DNA from: Bacilli bacterium
GTDB taxonomy: Bacteria; Bacillota_I; Bacilli_A; Izemoplasmatales; Hujiaoplasmataceae
Assembly: GCA_018400565.1 (NCBI GenBank)
Contig: JAGYMP010000194.1
Location: 1 to 50,065 of the forward strand
Length of the DNA stretch: 50,065 nt
Direction of reading: 5' to 3'
Numbering within the stretch: the stretch's first letter is position 1; every line of letters begins with the position of its first letter. The position numbers and the translations under genes are program-made. Below the pieces are notes generated by a model. That model worked only from the letters and a program-made list of their open reading frames with translations, did no database searches and was not told the DNA's origin. This document shows positions 1 through 8,835 of the stretch, in pieces.

Positions 1-417
1 TTTACCCGAAACCAAAATATTCGCATACCGTTTCCCGGTCCACATCTCCGGCCATATCATGTGATCCTCAGGAACACCGAGTTTTTCGATAACTTTCGCA
101 TGGTATTCACTCTGGACTTTGACGTAAATCTCCTTGATGCCGAGATCCTTCAAAATCAATGTGGTCAAAATGGAGTTGTCGACGTTCTCTCCCGTTGAGA
201 CAATCACGGTGTCATAGTTGGTGATGCCTATTTCCTTGAGTGCTTCAACATCCGTTGCATCTAGCGATACGGCGTTGGACACAATTTTTGCGATCTTCTC
301 AATTTTTTCATAACTCTTGTCTATAACGAGCACATCGGCACTGAGTTTCACCAATTCTTCGGTGAGTGCTTCACCAAAACGCCCCATTCCGATAACCGCA
401 AAGGATTTTTTTACCAT
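1..417 (-). CDS. ktrA: K+ uptake system peripheral NAD-binding subunit (KtrA/TrkA-N family); N-terminal 139 codons, 3' end outside window
   Basis: Own reverse-strand translation from ATG 417: MVKKSFAVIGMGRFGEALTEELVKLSADVLVIDKSYEKIEKIA...ILTTLILKDLGIKEIYVKVQSEYHAKVIEKLG. Rossmann GxGxxG motif (IGMGRFG). GGAGG SD at 424-428, 6 nt from the ATG. Absent from the ORF track because it runs off the edge. Confidence 0.8.
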   Translation of the reverse strand, partial: MVKKSFAVIGMGRFGEALTEELVKLSADVLVIDKSYEKIEKIAKIVSNAVSLDATDVEALKEIGITNYDTVIVSTGENVDNSILTTLILKDLGIKEIYVKVQSEYHAKVIEKLGVPEDHMIWPEMWTGKRYANILVSGK

Positions 418-445
418 GATATGCCTCCTCCAAACATCTACAACC

Positions 446-473
446 ATTATACAATGTTTTATTTAAAAGTCAA
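446..473 (-). promoter_or_regulatory. putative ktrA promoter: TTGACT-16-TATAAT
   Basis: Minus strand TTGACT (473-468) and TATAAT (451-446). Confidence 0.45.
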
Positions 474-569
474 CACGAAAGCAAGGATGATGGTTTTCCC
501 AAATTTTTTCCTTCCAAAAGCGGTGTTTTTTTAGTATAATGGCTTTGACGGACAATAAGGAGAGAGACC

Positions 570-1646
570 ATGGATAACCACGATAAGTACAATGATCTTT
601 TCATCGACAACCCCGCAAAGCCCATTCAACAAAAACAACCCGATGACTATGAACGCGACCCGGAGCGAAACAAACATAATCTTACCCTTTTGTTTGTGTA
701 TCTCGGTGTGATGATGCTTATCATTATATTGAGTCAGCTCTTCTTTGGCATGCTCTATCCGGATTTACAGACAAAAACCCAAAACATTCAAGTTGCCGAG
801 AATTTCACATTTGACGTCGGTGAATATGATGATACCCAGCTCGGCTATCCCGTGAGTATTCGTGGTTCTGTCATAAATGGCAACACGGAGGAAGTCCCGA
901 CAATCAGCGTCGATATCCTTCTGATTGGTGAAGACGAATCCACAATCACCTCGTTCACGTTGGAAAAATATGATGTTCAGGCAAACCAAACAGTATCCTT
1001 CGACGAAACCATTTACACATCGGAAGAACCTGCGAACATGGAGGCAAGCCTCTATGTGGATGCCGATCCGAACTTCTATGTTATCATTAATACGCTTCAG
1101 TTTGCCATAACGGCTGCCCTGTTTGTCATCATTGACAAAAAGGCATTCAAAATGGATTGGAAACGATTCCGAAAAGCACGCGGTATGGCAGGGCAAATCG
1201 TTATCGGCATGGTGATGGTGTATGCTGTGGGCATCATCGCACAATACATTTTATACTTCCTCGGTGTGTCAGGAACATCCCAAAATGAAATGCAAATCGC
1301 GAACATGTTCCAAAAAGATCCGCTTAACCTCACACTGTTGTTCTTGACACTGTGTGTTTTCACACCGATCGTCGAAGAGATCGTATACCGAAAAGTGCTT
1401 TATGGTTTTTTGAGTGATAAGTTCGGAACGATTGCGGCAATCGCCGGATCGGGGTTAATCTTCGGTTTGATGCATGTGATCACACAAGGCGACCTCATCC
1501 AATCCATTCCTTATGTGTTCATGGGATCGGTGTTTGGCTATATTTACTACCGCGCAAGACAAAACATTTTTGTTGTGGTCGGTGTTCACTTTTTGAATAA
1601 CCTCATCTCTTATGTCGGATACTTGATTTTGATCTTATCGATATAA
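570..1646 (+). CDS. CPBP-family (CAAX-type) intramembrane glutamic protease with an extra N-terminal TM plus non-membrane insert
   Basis: ORF track. AAGGAG SD at 557-562. The three CPBP motifs are in the C-terminal half: EEIVYR (EExxxR), FGLMH (FxxxH), HFLNN (HxxxN). Multiple hydrophobic helices. Confidence 0.8.
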   Translation: MDNHDKYNDLFIDNPAKPIQQKQPDDYERDPERNKHNLTLLFVYLGVMMLIIILSQLFFGMLYPDLQTKTQNIQVAENFTFDVGEYDDTQLGYPVSIRGSVINGNTEEVPTISVDILLIGEDESTITSFTLEKYDVQANQTVSFDETIYTSEEPANMEASLYVDADPNFYVIINTLQFAITAALFVIIDKKAFKMDWKRFRKARGMAGQIVIGMVMVYAVGIIAQYILYFLGVSGTSQNEMQIANMFQKDPLNLTLLFLTLCVFTPIVEEIVYRKVLYGFLSDKFGTIAAIAGSGLIFGLMHVITQGDLIQSIPYVFMGSVFGYIYYRARQNIFVVVGVHFLNNLISYVGYLILILSI

Positions 1647-1670
1647 CCCTATAGTCAATGATGTTTCCAT

Positions 1671-1707
1671 AAAAAAAACCGGTTGGCGGACCAACCGGTT
1701 TTTTTAT
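1671..1707. terminator. bidirectional intrinsic terminator between the CPBP gene and hup
   Basis: A8-CCGGTTGG-cgga-CCAACCGG-T9. Confidence 0.85.
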
Positions 1708-1710
1708 TTG

Positions 1711-1983
1711 TTATCTAACTGCCTCTTTCAGAACTTTTCCTGCTTTGAAGGTCGGAGCATTCATTGCGGGAATCTGAATCTTTTCGCCAGTTCTGGGATC
1801 ATGGCCGACACGGGCTTTTCTTCTTTTTACGTCGAAAGTCCCAAAGCCGGTCAAAACGACTTTTTCCTTTTGGACCAAGGATTCCTGAATGGCAACAATC
1901 GTGGAATTCAACGCTTTTTCAGCGTCCTTCTTGGTAAGATCTGAAAGTTCGGCGATACGAGAAACGAGTTCTGATTTGTTCAT
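1711..1983 (-). CDS. hup: HU-type nucleoid-associated DNA-binding protein
   Basis: 90 aa: MNKSELVSRIAE...GFGTFDVKRRKARVGHDPRTGEKIQIPA, a typical HU/IHF arm signature. AGGAGGAA SD upstream. Confidence 0.95.
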   Translation of the reverse strand: MNKSELVSRIAELSDLTKKDAEKALNSTIVAIQESLVQKEKVVLTGFGTFDVKRRKARVGHDPRTGEKIQIPAMNAPTFKAGKVLKEAVR

Positions 1984-2015
1984 AGTTTAATTCCTCCTAT
2001 TATTTTGTTATTTTC

Positions 2016-2044
2016 ATTATAAATTGAATTTATGAAGATTTCAA
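2016..2044 (-). promoter_or_regulatory. putative hup promoter: TTGAAA-17-TATAAT
   Basis: Minus strand TTGAAA (2044-2039) and TATAAT (2021-2016). Confidence 0.5.
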
Positions 2045-2089
2045 GCCCTTTTGTGAAAAAAAAGGGTTTTTTTTCGTAAATTCAGGGCT

Positions 2090-3400
2090 TTATGACCTTT
2101 TTCGCAAAATCATCCTTATCGGTGTGCCGTTTAAATCGAAAACAGCACGTATACGATTTTCCAAATAACGTTTATAAGAGAAATGCATGCAGTTCGCGTC
2201 ATTGACGAAAAACACGAACGTCGGGGGCTTTCTTGAGACCTGTGTGGCATAGTAAACCTTGACACGTTTGCCCTTGTGGTCTTTGGGAGGGTTGAGCAAC
2301 ATCGCATCCCGAATCGTGTCATTCAATACACCAGTCGGTATGCGTTTGTCGTAATTATCGAAGGCATATGCTATTGTCATGAACAATTCTTCGATATTTT
2401 TACCGGTTTTTGATGAGACAAAAACAATCGGTGCGTATGGGATGAATTTAAAGGCGGTCCTTAATTCTGTTGTCCATGCTTTCTTGTCCATCTTTGTCTC
2501 TTTGAGACGATCTGTTTTATTGACGACCAAAACAATGGCTTTGTTCGCATCAAGTGCAAAACCGGCGATATGCTTGTCCTGAGCCCTTATGCCTTCGATG
2601 GGATCGATCATCACCAGACACACATCACTTCGTTCAATGGCCTGCATTGCACGGAGATAGCTGTATTTATCGAGAGACTCATAAACTTTCCCTCTTTTTT
2701 TTAGACCCGCGGTGTCGATGATGACATATTTTTGTTCACCGCGTACAAACGGCGTGTCGATGGCATCGGTCGTCGTACCGCCTTGCTCGGATACCAACAC
2801 ACGTTTTGTTCCCAAAATGGTGTTTGTCAGTGAGGATTTCCCCACATTCTGCTGACCGATGACAGAAAAACGGATGGTATCTTCATCATAGGGTTCGCTT
2901 GTTGGCTCCGGCAGTTTTTCGATGACTGCATCCAGTAAATCACCCATGCCGATGCCGTGAATACCTGAGACGGGGATAATTTTTTCCACTCCGAGTTCAT
3001 AAAATTCATAGAGATTGTCACGGATTTGTTCACGATCATATTTGTTGACGGCGACAATCACGGGTTTACCGGAACGAATCAAATGGAGCATCACGTTACG
3101 GTCCTCATGGGTTATACCGGTGATCAGATCGGTCACAAACACGATGACGTCGCTTTCTTCGATGGCGATTTCAGCTTGTGCCTTTATTTCCGACAAAAAA
3201 GGTGCATCGTCGAGTGCGATGCCCCCTGTGTCTATGATTGTGAATTCCTGTGAAAGCCATGTTGCCTTTCCATAAATGCGGTCCCGGGTGACACCCGGAA
3301 CATCGTCGGTGATGGCTTTTCGTTCACCGGCGATTCGGTTGAATATCGTCGATTTGCCGACATTCGGTCGGCCGACGATCGCGACGGTCGGTAACATCAC
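2090..3400 (-). CDS. der: ribosome-biogenesis GTPase Der (EngA), double GTPase
   Basis: Two G domains: GRPNVGKS...DTGG...NKYD and GQQNVGKSS...DTAG...NKTD, with a C-terminal KH-like part. Lies in the conserved cmk-rpsA-der order. Confidence 0.95.
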   Translation of the reverse strand: MMLPTVAIVGRPNVGKSTIFNRIAGERKAITDDVPGVTRDRIYGKATWLSQEFTIIDTGGIALDDAPFLSEIKAQAEIAIEESDVIVFVTDLITGITHEDRNVMLHLIRSGKPVIVAVNKYDREQIRDNLYEFYELGVEKIIPVSGIHGIGMGDLLDAVIEKLPEPTSEPYDEDTIRFSVIGQQNVGKSSLTNTILGTKRVLVSEQGGTTTDAIDTPFVRGEQKYVIIDTAGLKKRGKVYESLDKYSYLRAMQAIERSDVCLVMIDPIEGIRAQDKHIAGFALDANKAIVLVVNKTDRLKETKMDKKAWTTELRTAFKFIPYAPIVFVSSKTGKNIEELFMTIAYAFDNYDKRIPTGVLNDTIRDAMLLNPPKDHKGKRVKVYYATQVSRKPPTFVFFVNDANCMHFSYKRYLENRIRAVFDLNGTPIRMILRKRS

Positions 3401-3416
3401 ATCACGCCCTCACGTT

Positions 3417-4796
3417 TTATTTTTTGAAATCCTCAAACAAGTCTGCCAGAGACTGACTGGCTGAGACGTTTTTGTTGAGTTCTTTTTCAAAAGCTTTGCG
3501 GTTTTTCTTCTCTTCGACGTCTTTGAGGGAAACAATCAATTTCCATTGTTTGGGATTGAATTGCTTGACTTCGACGGTCAAAATGTCGTCAACAGACAAT
3601 ACGTCTTCGACTTTATCGATGTGATCTTTCGAAATTTCACCGATGGGAAGGAAACCTTCGACTTCTTCAACCTCAATGACCGCACCTTTTTCTTTGATGT
3701 CTTTCACGGTTGCGGACACGAATTCGCCGCGTTTAATCTTGAGATCGGCCCATGGGTTATACTCGAGATGTTTTTTTGACAGGGTGAATTGTTTTTTATC
3801 CTCGTTGATCGATGTGATCTCGACCTCAAGTTCATCGCCCTCTTCGACACGTCCGGCGAGATTGTCATTGGGATTCCAGGAATAATCGTAACGGTTTAAG
3901 AGTCCGACGACGTCCGGTTCGACTTCCATCAGCATGCCATAACCCATTTTCTTGACCACTTTGGCGTTAACTTTGTCGCCAACTTTGTGGTTTTTGAGAA
4001 ATTTCTCCCATGGGCTTTCCTTGAGCGCTTTGATTGAAAGCGAAATGCGTTTGCCTTTGATCTTGATGATCTTGACTTCGACTTCGTCGCCGACACTCAA
4101 AACATCTTCGGTCTTGTCAACATGATGATGCGACAATTCGCTGATGTGCACCAAACCTTCGGCATTTTCGGTCACACGGACGAACGCACCGAATTTAACG
4201 GTGTTGGTGACGGTACCCTTGATGACTTGACCAACCTCGAGTTGGTCGATTTCCTCTTGTTCCTTAGCTTTTGCTTCGTCATATTCAATGGTTTTGCGAT
4301 TGGCGATGTATTTGGTGCGTCTTCTTTCTTTGCGCACATCGATGATTCTCACTTTGATTTCTTTGCCGACGAGTTCTTTTTTCTCATCGTCGGAAATCCG
4401 TCCGAGTGTGATCAACGAATCGGGCAAGAACAACTCAATCGTATGATAATCAAGCAACAGTCCGCCTTTGACAGCCCTTTTCACGCGGGCAATCACATCG
4501 GCGTCAACTTCTAAGTCATCGCGATATTGTTCGCGAATCTTGTTTTTCTCAATTTCAATCCTGGACAACAATAAAACGTTGTCGTCGTCTCCGTGCGATA
4601 TTTTGGTAACTTTTGCTTCTATCTCATCACCGACGCTAAAGACTTCGGTGGCGTCTTCGACTTTGTCCAGTGTCAAATGTTCTTTGAAGATCGTGCCTTC
4701 GAACATATACCCGACATCGACCAATACCTCCTCTTTGTCTACTTTGACGACAGTTCCTTTGATGATGTCGCCAACCTTTGGAATATTAACTTCCAT
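3417..4796 (-). CDS. rpsA: 30S ribosomal protein S1-like (multiple S1/OB repeats)
   Basis: Repeated S1 pattern, e.g. GQVIKGTVTNTVKFGAFVRVTENAEGLVHISEL and GDKVNAKVVKKMGYGMLMEV. ATG at 4796 is preferred to the track's GTG at 4805 because the AAGGAGA SD lies at 4807-4813. Confidence 0.85.
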   Translation of the reverse strand: MEVNIPKVGDIIKGTVVKVDKEEVLVDVGYMFEGTIFKEHLTLDKVEDATEVFSVGDEIEAKVTKISHGDDDNVLLLSRIEIEKNKIREQYRDDLEVDADVIARVKRAVKGGLLLDYHTIELFLPDSLITLGRISDDEKKELVGKEIKVRIIDVRKERRRTKYIANRKTIEYDEAKAKEQEEIDQLEVGQVIKGTVTNTVKFGAFVRVTENAEGLVHISELSHHHVDKTEDVLSVGDEVEVKIIKIKGKRISLSIKALKESPWEKFLKNHKVGDKVNAKVVKKMGYGMLMEVEPDVVGLLNRYDYSWNPNDNLAGRVEEGDELEVEITSINEDKKQFTLSKKHLEYNPWADLKIKRGEFVSATVKDIKEKGAVIEVEEVEGFLPIGEISKDHIDKVEDVLSVDDILTVEVKQFNPKQWKLIVSLKDVEEKKNRKAFEKELNKNVSASQSLADLFEDFKK

Positions 4797-5469
4797 GTTC
4801 TTCACTCTCCTTGGTGTTTATTACATTGATAAATAAATCATAAATGGTGCTGGCCACCGAGTCCATGTCCAAATTGGACGTGTCCAAATAGATGGCATCT
4901 TCCGCTTTTTTTAGCGGATTATATTTTCGTGATGAGTCGATGCCGTCGCGTCTCGCAATTTCTTTTTTTAACTGCTCAAGATCGCTTTCAATACCCATCG
5001 ACACATTTTCTTGATGTCTTCGTTTAGCCCGTTCCTCAACGGAAGCGGTCAGAAATATTTTTAAATCGGCATCGGGTAACACAACGGTTCCGATGTCGCG
5101 GCCATCCATGACAACATCATGGTTTTCGGCCATTTGTTGCTGCAATTCGACAAGCTTGTTGCGGACGGGAATATGGCTTGCGACAATGGATACGTTGTTC
5201 GACACTTCGTTCGAACGGATTTTATCATCCATGCGCTGTCCGTCCATGTAAAGCACTCCGTTTTTGAAAGTCATGGTTGTGTCATCCAAAAATGAGAATG
5301 CCTGGGGATCTTCGATATTTTTTCCGAGTTTCAAAGCTTTGTGTGTCGTGGCCCGGTACATGGCCCCGGTGTCAATATAAGTGTAACCAAGGCGTTTCGC
5401 GAGCATTTTCGCGACCGATGATTTTCCGGCTCCGGCCGGTCCGTCAATCGCCAAAGCATAATGCGTCAT
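4786..5469 (-). CDS. cmk: cytidylate kinase
   Basis: P-loop AIDGPAGAGKSSVAK. Typical Cmk length. GAGGGGGA SD. Directly upstream of rpsA. Confidence 0.95.
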   Translation of the reverse strand: MTHYALAIDGPAGAGKSSVAKMLAKRLGYTYIDTGAMYRATTHKALKLGKNIEDPQAFSFLDDTTMTFKNGVLYMDGQRMDDKIRSNEVSNNVSIVASHIPVRNKLVELQQQMAENHDVVMDGRDIGTVVLPDADLKIFLTASVEERAKRRHQENVSMGIESDLEQLKKEIARRDGIDSSRKYNPLKKAEDAIYLDTSNLDMDSVASTIYDLFINVINTKESEEHGS

Positions 5470-5493
5470 AGCATCCCCCTCTCAACTCTATAC

Positions 5494-5502
5494 ATTATAT
5501 CA
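5494..5502 (-). promoter_or_regulatory. extended -10 element (TGATATAAT) upstream of cmk
   Basis: Minus strand TGATATAAT about 25 nt upstream of ATG 5469. Confidence 0.35.
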
Positions 5503-5539
5503 TAAATTGGCGAAATTACCACAGAAATCTCACAAAAAA

Positions 5540-6262
5540 TTAGCGTCCGTTTTTAGCAAGATTCCACATTTGTTTTACCTCATGTGGTTTCATCCGTCTG
5601 TACTGTCCTTCGGACAATCCGTCAATCGTCACGACACCAAATCGTTTTCTTTTGAGACGAACAACTTCATGGCCGATCTCAGAAAACATCCGTTTGATTT
5701 GATGGTATTGACCCTCAGTGATGACAATATCCAAATACGTATGCGTTTTGCTTTTATCATAACGGACATGGGAAACGGTTGCTGGTTGATAAGTGGTGTC
5801 GGGTGTGTTTAATCCGTATTCGATGGGTTTTGATTCGTCTTTTCTGAGTAAACCGGTTAGTTTGACATGGTATTCTTTTTCCATCTCAAACTTCGGATGG
5901 GTCATGTGATGAGCAAAATCGCCGTCATTTGTTAATAACAACACCCCTGAAGTGTCAAAATCAAGTCTTCCGACCGGAAAGACCCGTTGTTTGATATGAA
6001 AATAATCGACGATAGCCGGTCTACCTTTGGGGTCATCGAGCGTCGAAACCACGTTTTTCGGTTTGTTCATGACATAATACACTTTGTTTTCAATTTCAAT
6101 GGGTTCGCCGTCGACTCTTATATCATCGCCGGGATTGGCCTTGGATCCGAGTTCAGTAATGATTTTACCGTTGACGCTCACACGTCCCTCGGTTATCATG
6201 TCCTCTGCTTTTCGGCGTGAGGCGATTCCGGCTCTTTGTATGATCTTCTGTAATCTTTCCAT
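5540..6262 (-). CDS. rluB: 23S rRNA pseudouridine synthase, RsuA/RluB family
   Basis: N-terminal S4 domain (RLQKIIQRAGIASRRKAEDMI) and catalytic VGRLDFDTSGVLLLTNDG motif. Confidence 0.9.
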   Translation of the reverse strand: MERLQKIIQRAGIASRRKAEDMITEGRVSVNGKIITELGSKANPGDDIRVDGEPIEIENKVYYVMNKPKNVVSTLDDPKGRPAIVDYFHIKQRVFPVGRLDFDTSGVLLLTNDGDFAHHMTHPKFEMEKEYHVKLTGLLRKDESKPIEYGLNTPDTTYQPATVSHVRYDKSKTHTYLDIVITEGQYHQIKRMFSEIGHEVVRLKRKRFGVVTIDGLSEGQYRRMKPHEVKQMWNLAKNGR

Positions 6263-6273
6263 GATTCCTCCCT

Positions 6274-6300
6274 AAAAAATGAGGATAGTAAGCTATCCTC
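6274..6300 (-). terminator. intrinsic terminator after the CNNM-family gene
   Basis: Minus strand GAGGATAG-CTTA-CTATCCTC followed by ATTTTTT. The stem overlaps the TGA stop. Confidence 0.7.
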
Positions 6301-7693
6301 ACTTTACTGATGGTTCTTCGTTGTCTTGTATCTCCTTTGAAATGTCCACTGTCAAAAGCACTTGTTGGATGCGGCGTTGACTCACTTTTGAGATTTCAAA
6401 TGTCAATGTTTCAATCTCTTCGCTGATCACTTCGCTCAGATCATTGTAGACCTGGTGGATCGTTTGGGTGAATGTGACTGTTTGTCCGACTTCGGGAATA
6501 TCCTGAAATTTCTCAAACAACCATCCTCCCACCGACGTGGCATCACAGATGGGTGGATTTCCCAAATCGAGGTCGTCAAACAGATCTTCCAAATCATAAT
6601 CGGCATTGATAAGGTATTGATTGTCACTTTTTTTTGTGATGGTCTCGACCACTTCGTCGTGTTCGTCATAAATTTCCCCGACGAGTTCTTCAAGAGCGTC
6701 TTCCATTGTTACCAGGCCGTCGACACCGCCGTATTCGTCAATGACAAGTGCGAGATGTGAATTTTCTGTCTGCAACAACTCAATCAACGTGTCAACACGT
6801 GTGGATGAGGGTATGAAAATCGGCTTCCTTAAAAGCTTCCGGATGTCGGGATGTTGTTTTCTGATGAGATGGGCATAAAAATCACGTTCATAAAGGACAC
6901 CTATCACGTTATCATAATTATCCTGATAGACAGGGATGCGTGAAAATTTGTTTTTCATGAATGCATCGACAATGGATTGAACATCCTCATCCAAATCGAG
7001 TGCGACCATGTCAACTCTCGGCGTCATGATCTCCTCAACAGTGATTTCATCCAAATCGAGGACTTTTTGTAGCATATCGGCCTCTTCTTCGTCAATGGAC
7101 CCTTCCCGTTCCATGGTGTCTATGATCGTTTCAAGTTCCGATTCGGTCACAGTCTGTTTGCGGGAAAAACTTCGGTTGCGCATCACACGTTTGTTGAGCA
7201 TGCGAAAAACATAGGTCAGAGGTCCCATGGCGAATATAAGAAAATAAAGGACGCCGCTGACTTTAAGCGCAAATTTCTCAGGTGAGGATTTAGCGATACT
7301 TTTCGGGATGATTTCACCGAAGATTAACACGATGACTGTGACGACAATCGTGTTGATGACTGATACGACAGTGTCCGGGTTTTGGACAAGATTGTCGAAA
7401 ATCCCGCGAAACATCAGCACACTTACTGTTGTGAGTGCGATATTCGCAAGGTTATTGCCAACAAGCAACGTCGTCAATGTTTTGTCGAAATGCTGCGCGA
7501 TCCACAATGCTTTTTTCGATCCTCTGACATCTTTGTTGACCAGTGTTTTCAACCGCACTTTCCCGACGGCGGAAAAAGCCATCTCGGTGGATGAAAAGAA
7601 AGCTGATAGCATCAAAAACAAGATCACCAATATCAGAAGCAACGGATTAAATTGTATGTTAAGGGCGTTAAACCACGAGTGATACGGATCCAA
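6299..7693 (-). CDS. CNNM/HlyC-CorC family membrane protein (DUF21 + tandem CBS + CorC_HlyC); putative divalent-cation transport mediator
   Basis: Four N-terminal hydrophobic helices, then a CBS pair region (VEEIMTPRVDMVALD..., IPVYQDNYDNVIGVLYERD) and a C-terminal transporter-associated domain. Confidence 0.8.
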   Translation of the reverse strand: MDPYHSWFNALNIQFNPLLLILVILFLMLSAFFSSTEMAFSAVGKVRLKTLVNKDVRGSKKALWIAQHFDKTLTTLLVGNNLANIALTTVSVLMFRGIFDNLVQNPDTVVSVINTIVVTVIVLIFGEIIPKSIAKSSPEKFALKVSGVLYFLIFAMGPLTYVFRMLNKRVMRNRSFSRKQTVTESELETIIDTMEREGSIDEEEADMLQKVLDLDEITVEEIMTPRVDMVALDLDEDVQSIVDAFMKNKFSRIPVYQDNYDNVIGVLYERDFYAHLIRKQHPDIRKLLRKPIFIPSSTRVDTLIELLQTENSHLALVIDEYGGVDGLVTMEDALEELVGEIYDEHDEVVETITKKSDNQYLINADYDLEDLFDDLDLGNPPICDATSVGGWLFEKFQDIPEVGQTVTFTQTIHQVYNDLSEVISEEIETLTFEISKVSQRRIQQVLLTVDISKEIQDNEEPSVK

Positions 7694-7712
7694 AAAATCT
7701 CACACTCCTCAT

Positions 7713-8273
7713 TTATTTTGCCCGCGTGTCATATTTGCCGGTTGCCGTCGAGACGACGATTTTATCACCGGTTTTGACAAACAAGGGCACGGATAATTTC
7801 AATCCAGTGTTCGTTTCAACTTCTTTTGTTGCATTCGACGCGGTGTTCCCGCGAACCCCGCCCGGCGCACGGACGACTTCGAGGATCACCTTGTCCGGCA
7901 ATTCGATACCGAGTATCTCCTGACCGTAACGTTTGACCTGGACGGTGTCTCCCAAAGTGATGAATTTGAGTTCCTCGGCAATTTGATTTTCAGGAATGGA
8001 AACCTGTTCATAAGTTTCATTGTTCATGAACACATGCATGTCACCATCCACATACAAGTACTGCATTTCGGATTTATCAATGTTTGCCTGTTCGACATCG
8101 ATTCCCGAATTAAATGTTTTATCAATGATCGTCCCGGTGCGAAGGTTACGGAGTTTTGTCCGTACGAACGCACTTCCTTTGCCGGGCTTGACATGCTGGA
8201 ATTCGATGACTTGATAAATGGCATCATCGACTTTGATCGTGATGCCGGTTTTCAGATCGTTTGTGCTGACCAT
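7713..8273 (-). CDS. efp: translation elongation factor P
   Basis: MVSTNDLKTGITIKVDDAIYQVIEFQHVKPGKGSAFVRTKLRNL matches EF-P with the PGKG loop lysine. ATG 8273 has a GGAGG SD at 8281-8285. The track ORF extends to 8477 only for lack of an in-frame stop. Confidence 0.95.
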   Translation of the reverse strand: MVSTNDLKTGITIKVDDAIYQVIEFQHVKPGKGSAFVRTKLRNLRTGTIIDKTFNSGIDVEQANIDKSEMQYLYVDGDMHVFMNNETYEQVSIPENQIAEELKFITLGDTVQVKRYGQEILGIELPDKVILEVVRAPGGVRGNTASNATKEVETNTGLKLSVPLFVKTGDKIVVSTATGKYDTRAK

Positions 8274-8315
8274 ATAGATTCCTCCAAATAACTTATTCAT
8301 ATTTATACCTTTTAT

Positions 8316-8344
8316 ATTATAATACATATCGGACGGATTGACAA
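8316..8344 (-). promoter_or_regulatory. putative efp promoter: TTGTCA-17-TATAAT
   Basis: Minus strand TTGTCA (8344-8339) and TATAAT (8321-8316). The -35 overlaps the -35 of the divergent plus-strand promoter. Confidence 0.5.
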
Positions 8345-8366
8345 CTGCTTCGAAACCATCTATAAT
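8338..8366 (+). promoter_or_regulatory. putative promoter of the rhodanese-like gene: TTGACA-17-TATAAT
   Basis: Perfect consensus hexamers at 8338-8343 and 8361-8366. Confidence 0.55.
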
Positions 8367-8392
8367 AATTAAAGACAAAAGGTGTGATGTAT

Positions 8393-8803
8393 ATGACTTT
8401 AGCAACGTTTTCGGATGTGATGGGATGGCTTCTGCCGATTTCTCTCGGTATCCTTCTCGGTGTGTTCCTCGCAACACGGAAAAATAAGGGCGAAAAGGAA
8501 CAGATCATCGTTCTTGACGCCGAAGAATTCCGCAAAAACATGCGCAAAGGACAATTGATTGATATTCGTCCCGAAGAAAAATATCGCGAGAAACGAATCA
8601 ACGGGAGCAGAAACTTCCCGAAAAAAGCGATTTTTTCTTCGCTTCACCAAATCCGCGACGACCAACCCCTATTCATTTATGACGACAGACAACGCGGGTT
8701 GGTCGCCCGAGTCGCAAAAAAATTATTGAAGAAAGGCTACCGCCCCGTTTATGTTCTGAAGGGCGGACTTGAAGAATGGCCATATCCGGTCAAGAAAAAC
8801 TGA
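8393..8803 (+). CDS. membrane-anchored rhodanese-homology-domain protein, active-site Cys replaced by Asp
   Basis: One N-terminal TM (GWLLPISLGILLGVFLA). Rhodanese fold pattern (LIDIRPEEKYREKRINGSRNFP ... VYVLKGGLEEW). The position of the catalytic Cys reads FIYDDRQRG. ATG 8393 fits the AAAGGTG SD at 8378-8384. Confidence 0.65.
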   Translation: MTLATFSDVMGWLLPISLGILLGVFLATRKNKGEKEQIIVLDAEEFRKNMRKGQLIDIRPEEKYREKRINGSRNFPKKAIFSSLHQIRDDQPLFIYDDRQRGLVARVAKKLLKKGYRPVYVLKGGLEEWPYPVKKN

Positions 8804-8808
8804 AGATA

Positions 8809-8835
8809 AAGCGATGCTCAGGCATCGCTTTTTTT
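8809..8835. terminator. terminator shared by the convergent rhodanese-like gene and miaA
   Basis: AAGCGATGC-tcag-GCATCGCTT followed by T7 on the plus strand. The miaA stop lies in the loop. Confidence 0.75.

Noticed and set aside
2043-2090. Nested A/T-rich hairpins after der (AAGCCCT...AGGGCTT and CCCTTTT...AAAAGGG)
   Set aside because: On the coding (minus) strand neither stem is followed by a U-tract. The 3' arm overlaps the hup -35. This is not convincing as an intrinsic terminator, although read-through attenuation cannot be excluded.
8274-8477. 68-codon N-terminal extension of the efp ORF in the track
   Set aside because: The extension overlaps the divergent promoters and the start of the rhodanese-like gene. 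ATG 8273 has a GGAGG SD and gives a canonical EF-P N-terminus.
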